A stretch of DNA of 64,000 bases from Octopus vulgaris. Taxonomy: Eukaryota. The stretch is taken from NCBI GenBank assembly GCA_951406725.2, contig OX597822.1, positions 19,220,001 to 19,284,000 of the forward strand, in the 5' to 3' direction. The notes beneath the pieces are model-generated. The model had not been told where the DNA came from and searched no databases. It saw nothing but the letters and a program-made list of their open reading frames with translations. Of the stretch, positions 62,992 through 64,000 are shown piece by piece. Made by a program: the position numbers and the translations under genes. Within the stretch, counting starts at the first letter, position 1. The number at the start of each line of letters is the position of its first letter.

Positions 62992-64000
62992 CTATATATA
63001 TATATATATATATATAAGCATCATTTTAACATCCACTTTTCTATGCTCACATGGGTAGGACAGAGCATGATCAGATTTTTACAATCAATCCCCTTCCTGT
63101 TGCCAACCCATACTTGTTTCCAAGCAAGATAAATATTTCCCTACGCCCAGATATGTTCTCACAATAATGGAAATGACAGTGCTCATATGACTGACACTCA
63201 TTGTCAGCTATCATGCAATGTCAAGACGAAACGTGTGTGTGTGTGTGTGTTAGTGTCTCCTTGTTTTAATATCATGTGATGGTTGTAAAGGAGTGTCAGT
63301 GTCACAATCAGTGTCTGTTTTCAAGCTTCCATAAAAAGATACCTGACTATAGGGAAATAGTACCTCACTTGGAAACAAGAATGGCATCTAACCATAAAAA
63401 AAACTACCTCAATGTATTTCATCAGACCCATGCAAGTATGGAAAAATAGATGTTAAAATGATGATCATCATTATCTATGTGAATTTAGGATTTTTAGCTT
63501 AGAATACTTGACTGGCATATTCCAGCACCTAAAGAACCCGATCAAAAGTATGCAAGGTAAATATGAAAATATGCTCAAACCCAACTGATTAACATTTCAA
63601 AAGATAATTTTAGATAAAAACAGTTAATTGGTAATTCTGGAATGCTTTCATTTAGTAAAGTAAAACATATATATCAAAGAACTGACTCCCAACTTAGCTG
63701 AGCATTTGACAACTCTAAAACAGGAATTAAGGCTTTGTTTCCCATCACTGATCATGACTGAATTTGAAATGATTTTGTGGAAATTCAAGCTTCATGGTTA
63801 GATTGTTCCAAAGGTCTTCCATCGTGCAGAGCAACCAGTCATGACGTCAACAAGGTATATCAACATCAATGCTGCTTTGTTCAAGTTGTGACAGCATGGA
63901 ATATAAACATACCTGCACATCCATATATACAATACATAAACATACACGTATACACACACACACATACATGACAGTTTCAGTATACCATATTCCTTCACAT

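Noticed and set aside
46223-64000. Location of the ATG-only CAPZB exon 1
   Set aside because: No convincing ATG|GTRAG donor with promoter-like context was found by eye; it is probably outside the window.

Overview
Eukaryotic, AT-rich, repeat-dense genomic DNA; the repeat families and microsatellite style suggest an octopus or other coleoid cephalopod (inference). The only host protein-coding gene I can support is CAPZB (F-actin capping protein beta) on the minus strand. It has seven GT-AG coding exons between 46222 and 23414; the ATG-only first exon was not located and probably lies beyond 64000. The rest is mobile DNA: two RTE-clade LINEs (one near-intact, with a higher-order tandem 5' array and a PHD finger in its ORF), a DD37D maT transposon, a piggyBac deletion derivative, a Helitron-like element, CR1 fragments, many tRNA-derived SINEs and several MITEs. 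The most notable structure is a set of minimal type I hammerhead ribozyme motifs of the kind carried by Penelope-like elements. Two have canonical cores (1382-1485 +, 55109-55168 -). A non-canonical variant with a compensatory G3-C8 core swap sits in both arms of a ~770 bp inverted repeat inside a CAPZB intron. No CRISPR, rRNA or true tRNA gene was seen. All calls are by eye; no searches were run, and repeat boundaries are approximate.
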